A program made the translations under genes and the position numbers. Below, in pieces: positions 13,315 through 27,033 of a DNA stretch of 64,000 bases. The stretch comes from Haliotis rubra (Eukaryota). Positions within the stretch are counted from its first letter, which is position 1. The number at the start of each line of letters is the position of its first letter. The stretch covers positions 2,542,001 to 2,606,000 of the forward strand of contig NW_025766969.1 in assembly GCF_003918875.1 (NCBI RefSeq), in the 5' to 3' direction. The notes under the pieces were generated by a model. The model saw nothing but the letters and a program-made list of their open reading frames with translations. It ran no database searches and had not been told where the DNA came from.

Positions 13315-13870
13315 TTTTATGGTAAGTCAGCGGAAGCAGCAGTCTGGTTTATGAAGGCAACAGTGCAGGGTATGAAAGCACCACTTTGTTGTATATGAAA
13401 GCATCCCTGTGTTGTATGAAAGTAGGAGTGGGATTGATGACAGCACGAATGGTGGAGACGGCAAACGTTTGGTAAATGAAAGTAGCAGTAGGATGCATGA
13501 ATGCAATCGTGAGAGGCACGAAAACAGCTATATGAATAATGAACGCATCACCCTAGCGTATGCAAAATAAACCTTCTTTTTGAAAGCAGCGGTGAGTTAT
13601 GAAAGTCATTGTAATATATGAAAGAACCACTATGGTATATGAACATAGTGGTGAGGGGCATGAAAAGCGTAGCGGTGTATGAAAGCGGAAGTATGGTTTA
13701 TGAAAGCATTGTCATAATGTATGAAAGAATCACCGAGGTTTATGAATGCAAGGATGAGGCGTGTGAAAGCAACAGTTTTGTGGACTACAGCATCAGTAAG
13801 GAGGCAACAGTGTGCTGCATAAAGGAGAAAATTGTTACTCCAAAGTCGAACGTATATGAAAGAAACAGAA
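13315..13870. repeat. Degenerate ~21-bp tandem repeat (tatgaaagca...)
   Basis: Recurring tatgaaag; 7-aa VYES periodicity in ORF 13618..13971. Confidence 0.65.
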
Positions 13871-15928
13871 CGAGTTTTGAAGCAACGCGTAGTACAGGAA
13901 AACTAGTCTATGTCGAACTATTCGAATATTGGAGATCGCATGCAAACAATCAGAACAATGGAAGTAGCTGAAGACCCCCAATACTCCATCAAGCCCCACT
14001 GACAAAGGTCTGGAAGACACGATTTACTTCCTTTGACCACCGATAATAACCACTGTCCACTTCAACGGTATCCATGCCTGGGATAATTCACCTTGTCATC
14101 ATTTTATACGCTGGAGTATTAATTCTAGTTGTAATTAGTGACTGATGGTCATTCGGTGGACTGTGGCTAGAAATAGACTCTGGTTATTACCGCTGTAATA
14201 AGGACACAAGCATAGTCATTTTACTCAATGCCCAGTGAGGACTAGTGGTTTATGCTTTGAGTGATGACCTCTGTTGCAATATTATATGAACGAAGATATA
14301 GTATTAGAAAGGATCTTTTAAAAGATCTCCCATTTGTATCTCTGACCATATTATCGTTAACGTCCATGGTATGGGATGTTATGTACCATATTGCATTAAT
14401 CAGCAGACCCAACATCAGTTGTATTCTGTCTTGAACTAAGAACATCTTATAATGCTACATCTGACGGGAGATAAACATGAAATCTATTCCACAACGTGTT
14501 AACCACTTCATGTCAAATCAGGTTTGTGAGAAATCGATTGTTTTAATTGTATAATGTGCCACCACTCTCGCTGTGCGATACGCGTAGTTTATGGGATACT
14601 GGCAACGATCCACAAAGTGTTGCTTTTCATGTTTTGCATTGATTTACTCGACTCAGCTCAACGCAGAGATGCTTCCGTACTCTGTTTGCCGTCCATGGTC
14701 GCCATCTTGGATTTTCTCTACCATCTGCTGTGAGAAATTATCGATTTTCCAGTGCTGGTTAAACATTGCTAACCGACTTGGCATTATTGTCTTGCAGATC
14801 TGACACCAGGGACCGGACTTGCCGCTTCCTAGTTGACAGTCGCCGTACTGTAATACACGTTTAAGTCCGACCTATTTCAGAAGAGAACAGAGCGGACAGC
14901 CGTTCTATTTTCGATCTCAAAAATATTTTCAGCCATTTCTAATTTGTGGTATCGGTTTACTTTATGTATTTCAGCAGCGTGCACTCTTGTTGGTTCGTGG
15001 TTAGGTTTGGACTACATTGGTTAGATATTGCATTCAACACATATTGCTGAATGCATAATCAGGTGCAAATGTTGTCATGTGCACATTAAGGAAATTTGGT
15101 TTGCACCTGCATCGTTAAATTTTGCATCGTTGCTCAAAAAACTTCCCAGGTTTTATGATGAAGCAATAAGAGGCAACGTTTCAACGTTTTATAGGTTGTT
15201 TATAGGGTTGTCGCGTATTTCTAAAGAATTGTATATGTTGCTGTGTGGGTAACACTATTTGATGTCACCCCATTCGAACTTCCTTATGAATTACATTCAG
15301 CGATTCACGAACACACATGCCGAATTCTGTTAAAAGAAAGTACTCTGATGATTACGTTCCCAAAGTTTACGTCCATAATGAGGATGTACATCTCCACGTG
15401 TTTTATAGTGATACACAGAAACACAACTTCCCCATGAAAGATATTGTCTTGTTGACATACAAATATACAGCGAGTCGAAAAGAAAGGTAAATGTCATTGG
15501 CCATTCAAAGTAATTGAAAGAATTAAAGTTTGAGGAGCATGTTTTAAGAACAAACACAAAGGATTATGTAAGGGAATTTTGAAATTATTTGATAAAACAA
15601 ATGGAACGTTCAATTTTTGTATTTGATAAATGTAGTTTAATGACATAATTATCCCTTACAGTCTATGAGATATAGCGTTTTATGGTACAACACAGAATAT
15701 GATGGGACAAAGAAAATGGTTTCTTCTTGACTTATATCAGCTGCATTATGGAATGCAAGGCATCCAACAGCCATGTGACCATCACCGGATTGTGTGATTA
15801 AACCTTGCTGTGATATATACCCGGCCATATATTTCAACAACGGCAACTGTCCACATTCTGCCTTGCTGTGGAACTCGTTTCACATAAACTGAGTGAGTCT
15901 GTGATTTGGCTGAAATGCTGTCCAAAGC

Positions 15929-16082
15929 GTTGACTTGGTTGACACTGTGTCATCGGTTCCCATTTGCGCAGATCGATGCTCATGCTGTTGATCACTGGAT
16001 TGTCTGGTCCAGACTCGATTATTTACAGACCATATAGCTGGAATATTGCTGAGTGCGGCGTAAAACTAAACTCACTTACTCA
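15929..16082 (+). mobile_element. 5'-truncated family B SINE
   Basis: 11-bp TSD ctgtccaaagc at 15918-15928 and 16083-16093; (ACTC)-like tail. Confidence 0.88.
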
Positions 16083-17324
16083 CTGTCCAAAGCTGTGTAT
16101 AGCTCAACTCATCATGATGACTCGTTGCACACATTTCTCTCATATCCTTTTGGCCCTGATAATGTACTGTTGCCTGTCAATATTGAGGATGCTACCACAT
16201 GCTCTTTCTTATTGACAAAACCATAATTGCAGTGGGTGTGGTCCGAGCGTTTGTCCCTCCGATAAACGTTACACATGTTTATACTGCAATAAATGCATGT
16301 ACATGTATTTTTAGGTCGACCTGTTATAATCCCAAACCGTGTTTTATACAGCTTATATTATACGAATACTGGTTGTGGTAAATCGATACATTGTACAAAA
16401 AAGCTTGTGATTCCGAACAGGTGTTTCATATGTGTGCACATGTACACAATGGTCTGCAGTTATACAGTTTTATAATGATATACAGTATCAACTCGGCATG
16501 ATAGTTTCTTCTGCTGTGTCTACTGCAATCACTAATCATTATTAGAGTATATCTGGTATTCCTGTGATCCATTCATAGAAATTTCATCACTAGTTCTCGT
16601 TAACGCCTTTGGTCTCCACTTAGTATATGGTACGCCTTAGCCGCATCAATATTGGTGTACCTTTCCTGAGATCTTGACATTTGGTCTTAAATGTATTGAT
16701 AGGTCTGGATTACATGTAATGAATTTAAATCGAATACACTTTTAACACGTGAATACATGTACAATATAAAAGTACTAGAATCTGTACTTTACTGAGAAAG
16801 TGTAATCCCAAATATAACATGTACAATATATGTTGCAGGTCCCCAGCTTATGAGAGAATGCCCCGACGTCGCTACCAGCTGATCAGAAGGTGAAGGCCGT
16901 CGCGCACCATGAGGCATAAAAGCAGTGGCGGTAGAGCGGCGGATGCACATGTTACATAAGGGGTTAATCCACCTAGCCGGACACTGACTGTCATCACACT
17001 CGTAGGGTTAATGTCATCACAGAGCGACCTTACGTGGTAGTAGTTTCCTAGGCGACATTACACCGGAAGGAGAGGTGGATAGAAGCTCTCCACTTCCGGA
17101 GGTAGAGAAATATTAGTAGAGTCTCGTTCTGGATAATAGTGATTCGCAGACTCGGATGGTGTGTTCACTGTGGATCAAGGTTTAGTTCTCCTTCGTTCCG
17201 ACTGTTTGTGTGATTCATATAGAGGATCTATTGCAGAAGGATACAACAACAACCATTTATATTGCTTTGTGTACCAACAAAGGGGGCATTCGGTTGACCC
17301 TCTGTGTATTGACGAGGGAACACA

Positions 17325-17834
17325 ATGACTGATGCAGATAACAGGGTTATCCTCAATGTAGGAGGCATACGTCATGAAACGTATAAAGCCACCTTGAAGA
17401 AAATCCCGGCCACTCGATTGTCCCGTTTGACGGAGGCCTTGGCCAACTATGATCCGGTACTCAATGAGTACTTTTTTGATCGCCATCCCGGGGTCTTTGC
17501 TCAAATCCTCAACTACTATCGTAGTGGCAAACTTCATTACCCGACCGATGTGTGCGGTCCGTTGTTTGAAGAGGAGTTGGAGTTCTGGTCTCTTGATGCC
17601 AACCAGGTGGAACCCTGTTGCTGGATGACGTACACACAGCACAGGGACACCCAAGATGTGCTCGCCATCTTGGATCGGTTGGATCTTGACACAGACAAAC
17701 CAACAGAAGAGGACATCATGAAGAGGTTTGGACTTGAGGAAGAGTACAAACAAGGCGAGCTGAACTGCTGGCAGCGGATTAAACCAAAAATCTGGGCATT
17801 GTTCGATGAACCGTACTCGTCTACAGCCGCAAAG
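17325..17834 (+). CDS. Shaw: Shaw/Kv3 voltage-gated K+ channel, first coding exon (T1/BTB tetramerisation domain)
   Basis: Translation [35 protein letters not shown]...[44 protein letters not shown] closely matches invertebrate Shaw T1, including the HX5CX20CC Zn motif. The exon ends at ...[10 protein letters not shown], followed by AAG|GCAAGT (GC donor, phase 0). Confidence 0.96.
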
Positions 17835-20124
17835 GCAAGTCACCAGGTGTTTTGACTTAAATTGCCACCTTTCAGTGTGTAGAGTCCTTGTTGTGATAGT
17901 CATGTCAACATTGACAACCTCCCCTTGGCTAGGCCTCAATACACTGAACCATGGGAAACCAAAAGAGAGAGTTACTTTCAAATAATTAAACTTTTCATAC
18001 CAGTATTTACGTACAATTACAACAATATTTCATGCATACAATAGCTGTTTGAGTAGTCGCGTTTTTATAAAAACCAATCCTTTTCATATCCTAATTTTGG
18101 AAAGTTTCTTTTTCACAAAACGCCTACTCGATCAGTTATTTTTCCGAATACCGAAACAATAGTCTAATCTGTAATTTGGTCTTTCGACATCCATCTATAT
18201 TACGTAATATGATTACATATAATTATTTTTAAAAATAACAAATAATAAATCCGTACTCTCTGTGTGGAGGACGCAAGAGTTCCTTCAACAGAGGTCCTAC
18301 TCGATCAGTTGTTTGTCCTATGGTTCACTGTGATCGTAGAGCCATCTATCGGCGGAGGTCAAGCTAAAGGGGGGACATCTATATCGTGATCGACTCTTTC
18401 TCTTTGTTCTCTTAACTTAGACTGCTAGAACTCAGTTACACAATGTAGCATTATATATATATATATATACAACAAACTCACACTTTTTCTCGCTCCGGTA
18501 CACCCCAGCGTGTTAGCCACGGCAATATCAAATGTTATCCAAGTAGCCGAAGATGCTTGCTTCCTAATGGAAAATGAAAGGCGGTCCCATCGATGATGAC
18601 AAACGGAGGTATTCTAAAGGTGGCAATTTCCATTAATATTAACAGCTATGCGCTATGCCATATCAACAGCCACTGCATGACCACCTCACCTGTGTATTGG
18701 AATTTTAACATCTGGTTGGAGGGTATAAGCTTAACCACTGGTTGGAGGGTATGCTTCTTTTTGTCTTCAGGTTAAGTGATTGTCGAATATTAACCATCGT
18801 TTGACGAGATCTTGATGTAAGCTCTGTTTGTATTGAGGTTTTTCCTAAGGATATGTTGGTATGGATTGATAAGGCATTTCGGTCAAGCTAGTGTTTATGT
18901 ATTGCTTTTCAATGTTTGGAGGAGTTTTAACCATTACCAAATTGTATGTGGTTGTGAATGACTGTGTACTTGTACAGTAGCCAACGATAGGTATGCTTCA
19001 TCAGATATGTATGTCGTTGAATATCAGATATGCTCATCTTCGATTACATCACAGTAAGAGTATAAGCCTTGATAATCTAAAGCAGTGGATTAAACTTGCA
19101 ATTAACCTCCGGAAAGTGCTAGTCTTTGAAAGAGCACGTGACGTCACCAGATTTTGTAATTTAAATTGTCGTCAAGTAGGAAGATTTTGAAGGACAGATA
19201 TGGTGGTTTCAATTTGAAATTGAAATTATGTCTGCTAAATTAAAGAGACACCAGATATCATTTGCATGCGTTAGGATACCAGTGTACGTCTTAATAACTA
19301 TGTAGGCAGGAGTGTTCTGTGATATCGGCCATGGCATGTTAATCTGGAAGGCGGGATATTTATACAAAGATATCTCTTTATTACTCAAGCAGTACCAATG
19401 TTGATCCTAGATTTTCAAAGTTTATTATTGAAATTGCCACATGGACCTACATAAAAATATTGTAATTTTTTAGTCACGCTAGCACAGCTTATCTTTCCGG
19501 TTAGGTAGGTATTTGTAAGCATGGCGTGAGCTGTGCCGGGAGATTGAACGTTGAGACTGTCTGGAGGGAGCTATTAAAGGGAAATTATTAAATCATTCTC
19601 CAGTAGGGTCTGCTGTGGGTTGAATGAAAACTACAAAGAGGTGTTTATTTATGTCACCGTATTATCAGTATGCGTTCAAATCGTGTATTTAGTTTTCAAT
19701 TTGAGAGTGTAATGCCATCAATACCTCATTATAGTTTACACCTAGACGTTGGGTATATGGGCTAGGCGTGCAAATCGTTGTTGACCTTGTGTCCTCTGAT
19801 GAGGTGAATTGGTGGGATGAAGATACAACGTCGGTACATTTATCCAAGATTTACTTGCTTAACATGTTACAAACTGCATAAGTCACTTATGTCTACTGGA
19901 GGTATTTATTATGTATCGGAAGTGAAATAATACCTGTTTGAAACCCTGACGCTGCTCACTGAAAACCTCCCTTCCTAAAAGTACACAATATGACACAAAA
20001 CATTTATTCCACACTGAAACCCAATTTGCAAAGTTTATTGAAACTACAACTTTATAGAAACTTGAAACGAGTAAGATATTGTCTTTAATGTTAAAAAACA
20101 TTATTGTGGTGTTCCAATAGAAAC

Positions 20125-20700
20125 CCTTGTTCAGCAAATAACCTTGTCCAATCTCGAGTTCAGCAATTACTTTCTTTGGATCTCTGAGTGTTCAGCAAAG
20201 GCATCTGTGGAATCTTCTGGTTGAATATCTTTGTGTTCAGCGTCTAATCTTGTCGAATCTCAGTTTACATCAATTCAGCAACTAATTTCTTTGGATCTCA
20301 GTGTTTAGCAAAGACCTTTGTCAAATCGTTTGGTGTTCAGCAATTGGTTTGTTGAATTTCTTTGTGTACAACATCTGTTCTTGTCGAGTCATGGTTTTGT
20401 CAGAGTATATAATTAATGTACAAACAGTTGGTGTTCAGACTTCATAACTGTTCAGTCGGTTTACGTTCAACATCTGATCTTTTCGAAGAACTAGTAGGGG
20501 TTACAATATTTATTTGCTGAATCATTAAGTGTTTAGAATGAAATCATGTCGAATCATTACGTACTCTACAATAATACCCGCCGTAACATTGACTGTCCGG
20601 ACTTTAATCTGGTTGAATCATTAGGTATCCATCAGCTTGATCTGCCGTACCATTGGGTGTTCGCAACCAAAACTTGTCTATCATCATAGGTGTGTCCATA
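20125..20700. repeat. Old degenerate tandem repeat (gttcagcaa...gtcgaatc)
   Basis: Recurring gttcagca and gaatc motifs. Confidence 0.55.
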
Positions 20701-23700
20701 ACACAGAACTCGGAGAACTAATAACTCATGTGTCGTTCACCACCACTAACATAGCCCCAATCGGCTTTTGTGTACCTAACCAGTTTTACCTAAAACACTA
20801 CCACTTAAAATATGGAAATTGTTTCATAAGTGCTGATGTGTTCTAGTTCAGATTTATAATGTATACAATGCATTACGCTCCTTTAGAAGATATATATGAG
20901 ATCGGAATGATCTGTGCTTAAACCGTGTATGAATACAAACAAGTCACTGCATCTGCATCCGCCTCGTGGAAGTAGTTCTGCTTACGCAGCTTGGGGTGTA
21001 TGCTTTCACTGTGCAAGGACATTATTGCATTATTGTAAGCCACCTTGAGCATTGTCCACACGTATGCAGGCACCTACACGTTTTCGTTTTGTTATGCAAT
21101 GCCATTATTAAATGTCCCTGTTTCGCATAGCATACAGGACATGTCACTATCACCCATACCACTAACACGCCGAGAGCATGCTCATAACACTAATATTCCA
21201 TACATTTTCGGATTAAGAGAAGAGAGTTCTCAGCTACTGAAACACACCCCGAATACGACTGTTGATTTCCTTTACATCATCTACATGCGAGTGTTGTGAA
21301 TCTTGATGTTGTGTGTTGTGCTACGCTGCTGTTGTTTGTGGTGTGATATATTTAACTGGTAACGATAACATCAATTGATGCTGATTTCATCTCAATTCCT
21401 CTCAATGATATATCACTGTAACTAATGTTTTTAATAACGTAATTGTAAGATATTTTCATTTTTTAGAGGATAGTTAAGTATATATACATATATATATGTC
21501 TAGTGTCAAATGATTGATATGATGTAACGAAGCAGTCTTCTACTACCAGAATGTATGTACTCATGTTTACCGTCAGTTGTCGCTTGCACCCACTTCAAGC
21601 TATATGATCGCAGGATGGAGCATAATATGGGCCTCACTGCCAAATCAACAAAAACAGTTTAGCAAATAATTCAGTTTTACTTGGATATTATTCAAAGATG
21701 AGGTTAAATGTCAGTACCGTAGATATTGAAAAACATTTACGTGCACTGCTTTACAAGGCAAGAGCTTGGGGATCAGTGTCTTGTTTAGGGGCCGCGGAAG
21801 AATATGGGAACGTTTGGGAAACAAGGTTACTCCATTTGAGAGGCAGCAACAACGACATGAGGCAAGGTCTGCAACTAGAAGGTTATTGATCTCCATGGTG
21901 GAAAACGGAGATGGCGGGAGCGCAGCCTGCAAGCCAGCGAAGAAGTTGGCCACCACGACGTCGGTACGGCTGCATCATTTGGGCATTATGACGATTTATT
22001 CCTCGCAATGATGTCATGAGCTGATACAATGACGTAGGCACCGTGTTGCTTAGTGAACGATGACGTGGATGGCCGTGGTCGTCAACGTTCCTAGTCCCCA
22101 ACGTGCATCTTCATCAAAGTGATGGGGAATGTGGCAGTGTGTTCGGATCGATATGCCAAATGGATATGGTCTGTTTCTGAATTTGGTCTCTTACTTGCTC
22201 GGTTTGTTGACGGGTTAGGCAGTGTCTTCACACACGGATCAAATGATTTAAAAAATCAATCATCCCACTTGATGGATAGTACTAGATCCTAATGGAATTG
22301 TTTCAGCTAAAGTCTGTTCCATATTTTACAGCTGTGAAGAACGAGGATAACCATGAAAGACAGCACGGTAGTTGCATCGCTGAATAGTTTTAATGCTTCA
22401 GTGCTAAATTCTTGTAAACACCACCCCTCATAATAATTAGTAAAGCAGCTAACATCTTTAAGATCTTCTAAAACGCAATACAAATGTCAGCCTCACTGTG
22501 TTTGCATTGTGTAAAAGTATGTTTGCGTTATGTACGTACAGCAAGTTTCCTTTTATCGTAACAAATACATAGTTTCACGGCCATTGAGATATACTGTGAT
22601 CTCAATGACAATAAATGCCATAATTTGTTTAGGAAATATCGATGTGACAGATCACACCATCTAAGCGTGCTAAATGTTACTAAATGATATGAAGACTTCA
22701 GAAAGACATGATGATATGTTTGCTGCAAACAGTCTAATATCGATGATAATTGCAATGTCAAAATATATTCAAAGGGAGAAATGGCCGAGTGTTGCAATCA
22801 CGCATTAGCATGGCGGGGTTAGTGTATGGTTAGAATTTAGACTCTTTGTTCACATCATCAACCACTAATTTCTGTGACATTCTTTCGGCGTATACCCCAC
22901 TCACCTGTCGACAAAGATCAATAAATATTGAACAGCAACGCCAGAGAATGAACAGTATCTGACGAAACATATTCTTCTTAAAAGGCAAAATAGCGATAAA
23001 ACGGATCAATTAATCCCAGAATATCGGAAAAGACACCGGGTGTTCGCGAGATGGTAACGCCTTCGTTTAGAAGAGGGATCTTGACACAGTTGACTGTGCC
23101 TACGTGGCGATCGCGCGGGACGTGGTTAGAAAAATATTATAATATCATCTGTTTACAGCATGGCGCATGTGAGCATATTTCAGCGTCCGTTTGTGTGTCA
23201 CTGACCGTGGTCATTTCACGCCAACGGCCATATCGTGGGAACATTCTTTAATTATCTGTGGTGTAATATTGCTGTGTAAAATGAATGATATATCAATATC
23301 GTGTTGCAACAGTTTTCAAGGATGGTTTTGGACGGTGCGTGTATCACTGGCGCTAATCAGATGTAGTTGTTTTACAGCAAAGCATTTAATCAACTTAATC
23401 AGCTGAAGTTGGGCGTGTTTTGTCCGATGGAAGCTACTCTGTTCTCTCAGCGGGCCAATCGACAAGTTGAAAATGTAAGGGTGAAAAACAACGTTATTGA
23501 TTCATGCTTGACGGGGTATGATAAAATCCATTCTAACATCCAGGAATGAATCCAAGAGACCAGGAGATTAATAAAACGTTGAAAAAACAATTCCTTCTCG
23601 GCGCGGCATGATAATTTTGTGTCATTCAGCTACAAAGAACATGTCTAATTCCTTTATGATTGAATTTTCTCAAGAAACCAAAACATAATTTTATATCATT

Positions 23701-24289
23701 ACGTTTCCCGGTGAAACAAAGGAGAAGCAACAGAGGTCTTTCATCAACAGAATGACTATCACTCACCCAAAACTGCATTGACAACCAAGCAAGTCAACTA
23801 AAATCACAACCTCTTTGAAATTTTAGTTCTGAGAAAAAAAAATCAGAGAATTATTGAAACTGGCTATAACTAGGTATTGATTTTGTGCGAAGAGCTTCTC
23901 CTTTTGAAATGAAGCTACGTTATCTAGCAACTGGGCCTCGGAGCGAGAGAATCTCCAGACCTCCCATCGACCCACAAGCTCAGTTGTGATGTGAACAGGG
24001 TTGCTTATAGAATTGAATCTTGTCAATATGAACGTCCAACACTGATACTCACGGCGCTGCTATCAGTATGGACATAGCTGGGCTCCGTCGGTCGTATTCT
24101 CCAGTTAGTTCTGTTGGAACTGAATTGTCCATAGAATGCGAACAGTTACTGATGCGATCAAATCGAAACCTCTTTGTGTACTGAGCATATTAATGTTCTG
24201 TGGATGAAGTGAATAAATTAAATTTATCAATTTGGGTTAATATACTTTATAAATGACTAAGAAATGTCCTTAATCTTTCTTTTTTTTGA

Positions 24290-25580
24290 AAGATGCAATA
24301 CATGTTCTGACAATTGATCCCACGTGGTGAACAGAGTGAATGCATTGCGTCGCTGTGAACATAACACAAAGAGACGTACACAACGTAATACGCATAAATG
24401 CACAATGTACTCTGTGAATGCATACACGTGATTGCATGATGTAAGCGGTGTATGGTATAACATGCATGCATAACAATAGTAAAGACATTAATGCATGACG
24501 TACACCGTATGAACTGATAACTTACATTTAGCATTACACATATATGAAAGTAGAAGAAACATTGTGAACAATATACAAATGAATGCATATTGTACAGTGT
24601 GAACATTTTACAGACGAATGCTTAACTAAACCGGAACAATATAAGATGGAATCATAAAGAACACTGTGAACAATACGCAGATGAATGCATAACGTTTAGT
24701 GTGAACATTATGCGGATGAATGCTTAACAAACATTGTGAATAATATAGAGAGTCATTTATAACGAAACCTGTGGACAATATACAGATGAACGTATAGCAA
24801 CGGTGAACATTGTACAGACTAATGTATAACGAACACTGTAAACTATATGTAGATGAACGTATAGAACAGTAAACATTAAACAGATGTTTGCATAACAGAT
24901 GAACATTATACAAATGAATGTGTAAAATCCAGTGTGAACACTATTCATAGTGGTTTATAATGAAGTCCGTGAATAATATACTGATGAATGTATAACACAA
25001 ATAAACATTATACAGATGAATGCACAACGCATTATGCGAACATTATAAAGATACATTCATAACTGAACAACATACAGCCTAACGAAAACTGTTGACACTG
25101 TACAGCTGAATGCATAATGTAAACAGTGGACAGCAAACAGATGATAACGATCACTGTGAACTGTCTATGAAAAGTATACAGATGAAAGTTCAACTTCCAC
25201 TGTGAACAGCATTTAAATGGACGAAAAAAGGATAACTGTTTACAACAGAGTTGAATGAACTACATACACTAAATGAACACTAAACTGAACTCTAAATGCA
25301 TAAAATCCACTGTCAACTGTTCAGAGATAAACATATAGCCTGAAGCATGTAGATGAATCCATGACGTACATTACGTACTTAATACCATCATAGAGATCTT
25401 TACATAACGTACACAGTGAACAATGTACAGATGAATTCATCAAGTTCACTGTGAACTGTGTGGAAACTAATGCATAAACAGTATAACAATAATATATAAC
25501 GTATAGGACGTTATAACCTGTATTCCTGTTAATGAACCACTGACAGTCGACATTGTGAACGGTGTACATCTGAATGCATA
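24290..25580. repeat. Old degenerate tandem repeat (tgtgaacaatatacagatgaatgcataac-like)
   Basis: Recurring gtgaac and cagatgaa motifs; this explains the several low-complexity minus-strand ORFs here. Confidence 0.7.
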
Positions 25581-25669
25581 GCGGTCACATGTAAACAGTC
25601 CTTCGGGCAGATACATAACATACAAAATACCTTAGTATGCTTTCACTGTCACTTTGTTCCGCGCTAGAA

Positions 25670-25991
25670 GGGTGGTGAGAATCACCAAGGGTTAAACCGT
25701 TCGTACCGAAGGCCCGGGTTCGTTTCCGTGTATGTGCAATTTGTGTGAAGCTTTTATCCGGTATCCCCAGTCGTGATATTTGTTAAATATCACTGAACAT
25801 CGACTCGCTCACTATCATCACGTAGTTTCTTAGCATCTGGGGGCGGTGGGTTAGCCTAGTGGTTGAAGCGTTCGTTCGTCACGACGAAGGCCTGGGTTCA
25901 ATAAGGTTACAACGCGAGAAGCCCACTTCTGGTGGCCCCCGCCTTGATATTATATATATTGGTAATAGCGACGCAAAACCCAACTCACTCA
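25670..25991 (+). mobile_element. Two adjacent family A tRNA-SINEs (old copy 25670-25812; younger copy 25839-25991)
   Basis: The second copy has TAGCCTAGTGG, gtcacgacgaaggcctgggttc, an (ACTC)n tail and a near-TSD cttagcatct/cttatcatct. Confidence 0.8.
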
Positions 25992-26727
25992 CTTATCATC
26001 TACTACTATAAAGTATGCGGCAAGACTGCTCTTCTGGTAGTGGATGGCACGGCCATTTATTGAACTTTACTGGGATGTACAACAGAACCTATACCAAACC
26101 AATACCATACTAAAATAACTTATGAAAGTCGTGTAAGAATCGTTACAGTGGAGTCGTTGGTTTTCACAACTCTACATGGAGCATATATTGTTTTCGAACA
26201 GGAACTTAAATGCAAGCATCTAGTTTGCCTCAAAGCCCCTCAACCATATCAGTTTCCATTCCGCACCGTGTTTTCTGAGGTTTTCCAATGTTAGGTATGA
26301 TCCTTTTCAATCAAAACTGAGTAATTAATTCCCGTCAAAGTTACATATTTCAGAGACTAAACGTAATCTAACAACCATCGATCTTATAACTTTCCAGTCA
26401 ATGAAAAGATGAAATAGGATCAAGTCATTGGTATTGATTCATTGGTAATTCTTTTCCATTAAATTATGTTTTCATTTATACATGAGTATGTCAGATGAAA
26501 TTACACCAAACGGTACCAGTTTACAATGAATGCTATTTGCGTCCGATACATGTTTTCCAAGAGAAATCTATAATTGTATTACACAACAATCATATCATAT
26601 TTCAACTGATTATGGAAGTCCATGAACTATCTAGTGCATTCAGTTACGGTGCACTGTACTATTAACCATTTAGCTCAGAAAAACAACATGGTTGCACTTT
26701 CAAACCATTGGTTCAATATATTGGTTT

Positions 26728-27033
26728 AGGTCAGCAAACCTGAGGAAATCGCCTCTTCCGAGTGAGTGAGTGAGTTGAGTTTTACGCCGCAATATTCCAG
26801 CTATATGGCGGCAGTCTGTAAATAATCGAGTCTGGACCAGACAACCCAGTGATCAACAGCATGAGCATCGATCTGCGCAAATGGGATCCTGACCACTCCT
26901 GATCCGGTTAGTCGCCTCTTACGACAAGCATGGGTTACTGAAGACCAATATTCTAACCCGGACTTTCACGGGTCGCCTCTTACGACAAGCATGGGTTACT
27001 GAAGACCAGTTCTTACCCGGATCTTCATGGGTA
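26728..27033 (-). mobile_element. Family B SINE (26762-26972) apparently nested in, or tandem with, a second B head
   Basis: (GAGT)n tail at the left end; the head appears twice; 13-bp near-TSD tcgcctcttccga/tcgcctcttacga at 26749-26761 and 26973-26985. Confidence 0.85.

Noticed and set aside
17175-17981. 268-aa minus-strand ORF
   Set aside because: Antisense shadow of the Shaw T1 exon; no recognisable domain.
21698-22130. GC-rich patch with overlapping short ORFs inside the first Shaw intron
   Set aside because: No convincing splice-site pair or homology; inclusion would interrupt the conserved T1-S1 junction.
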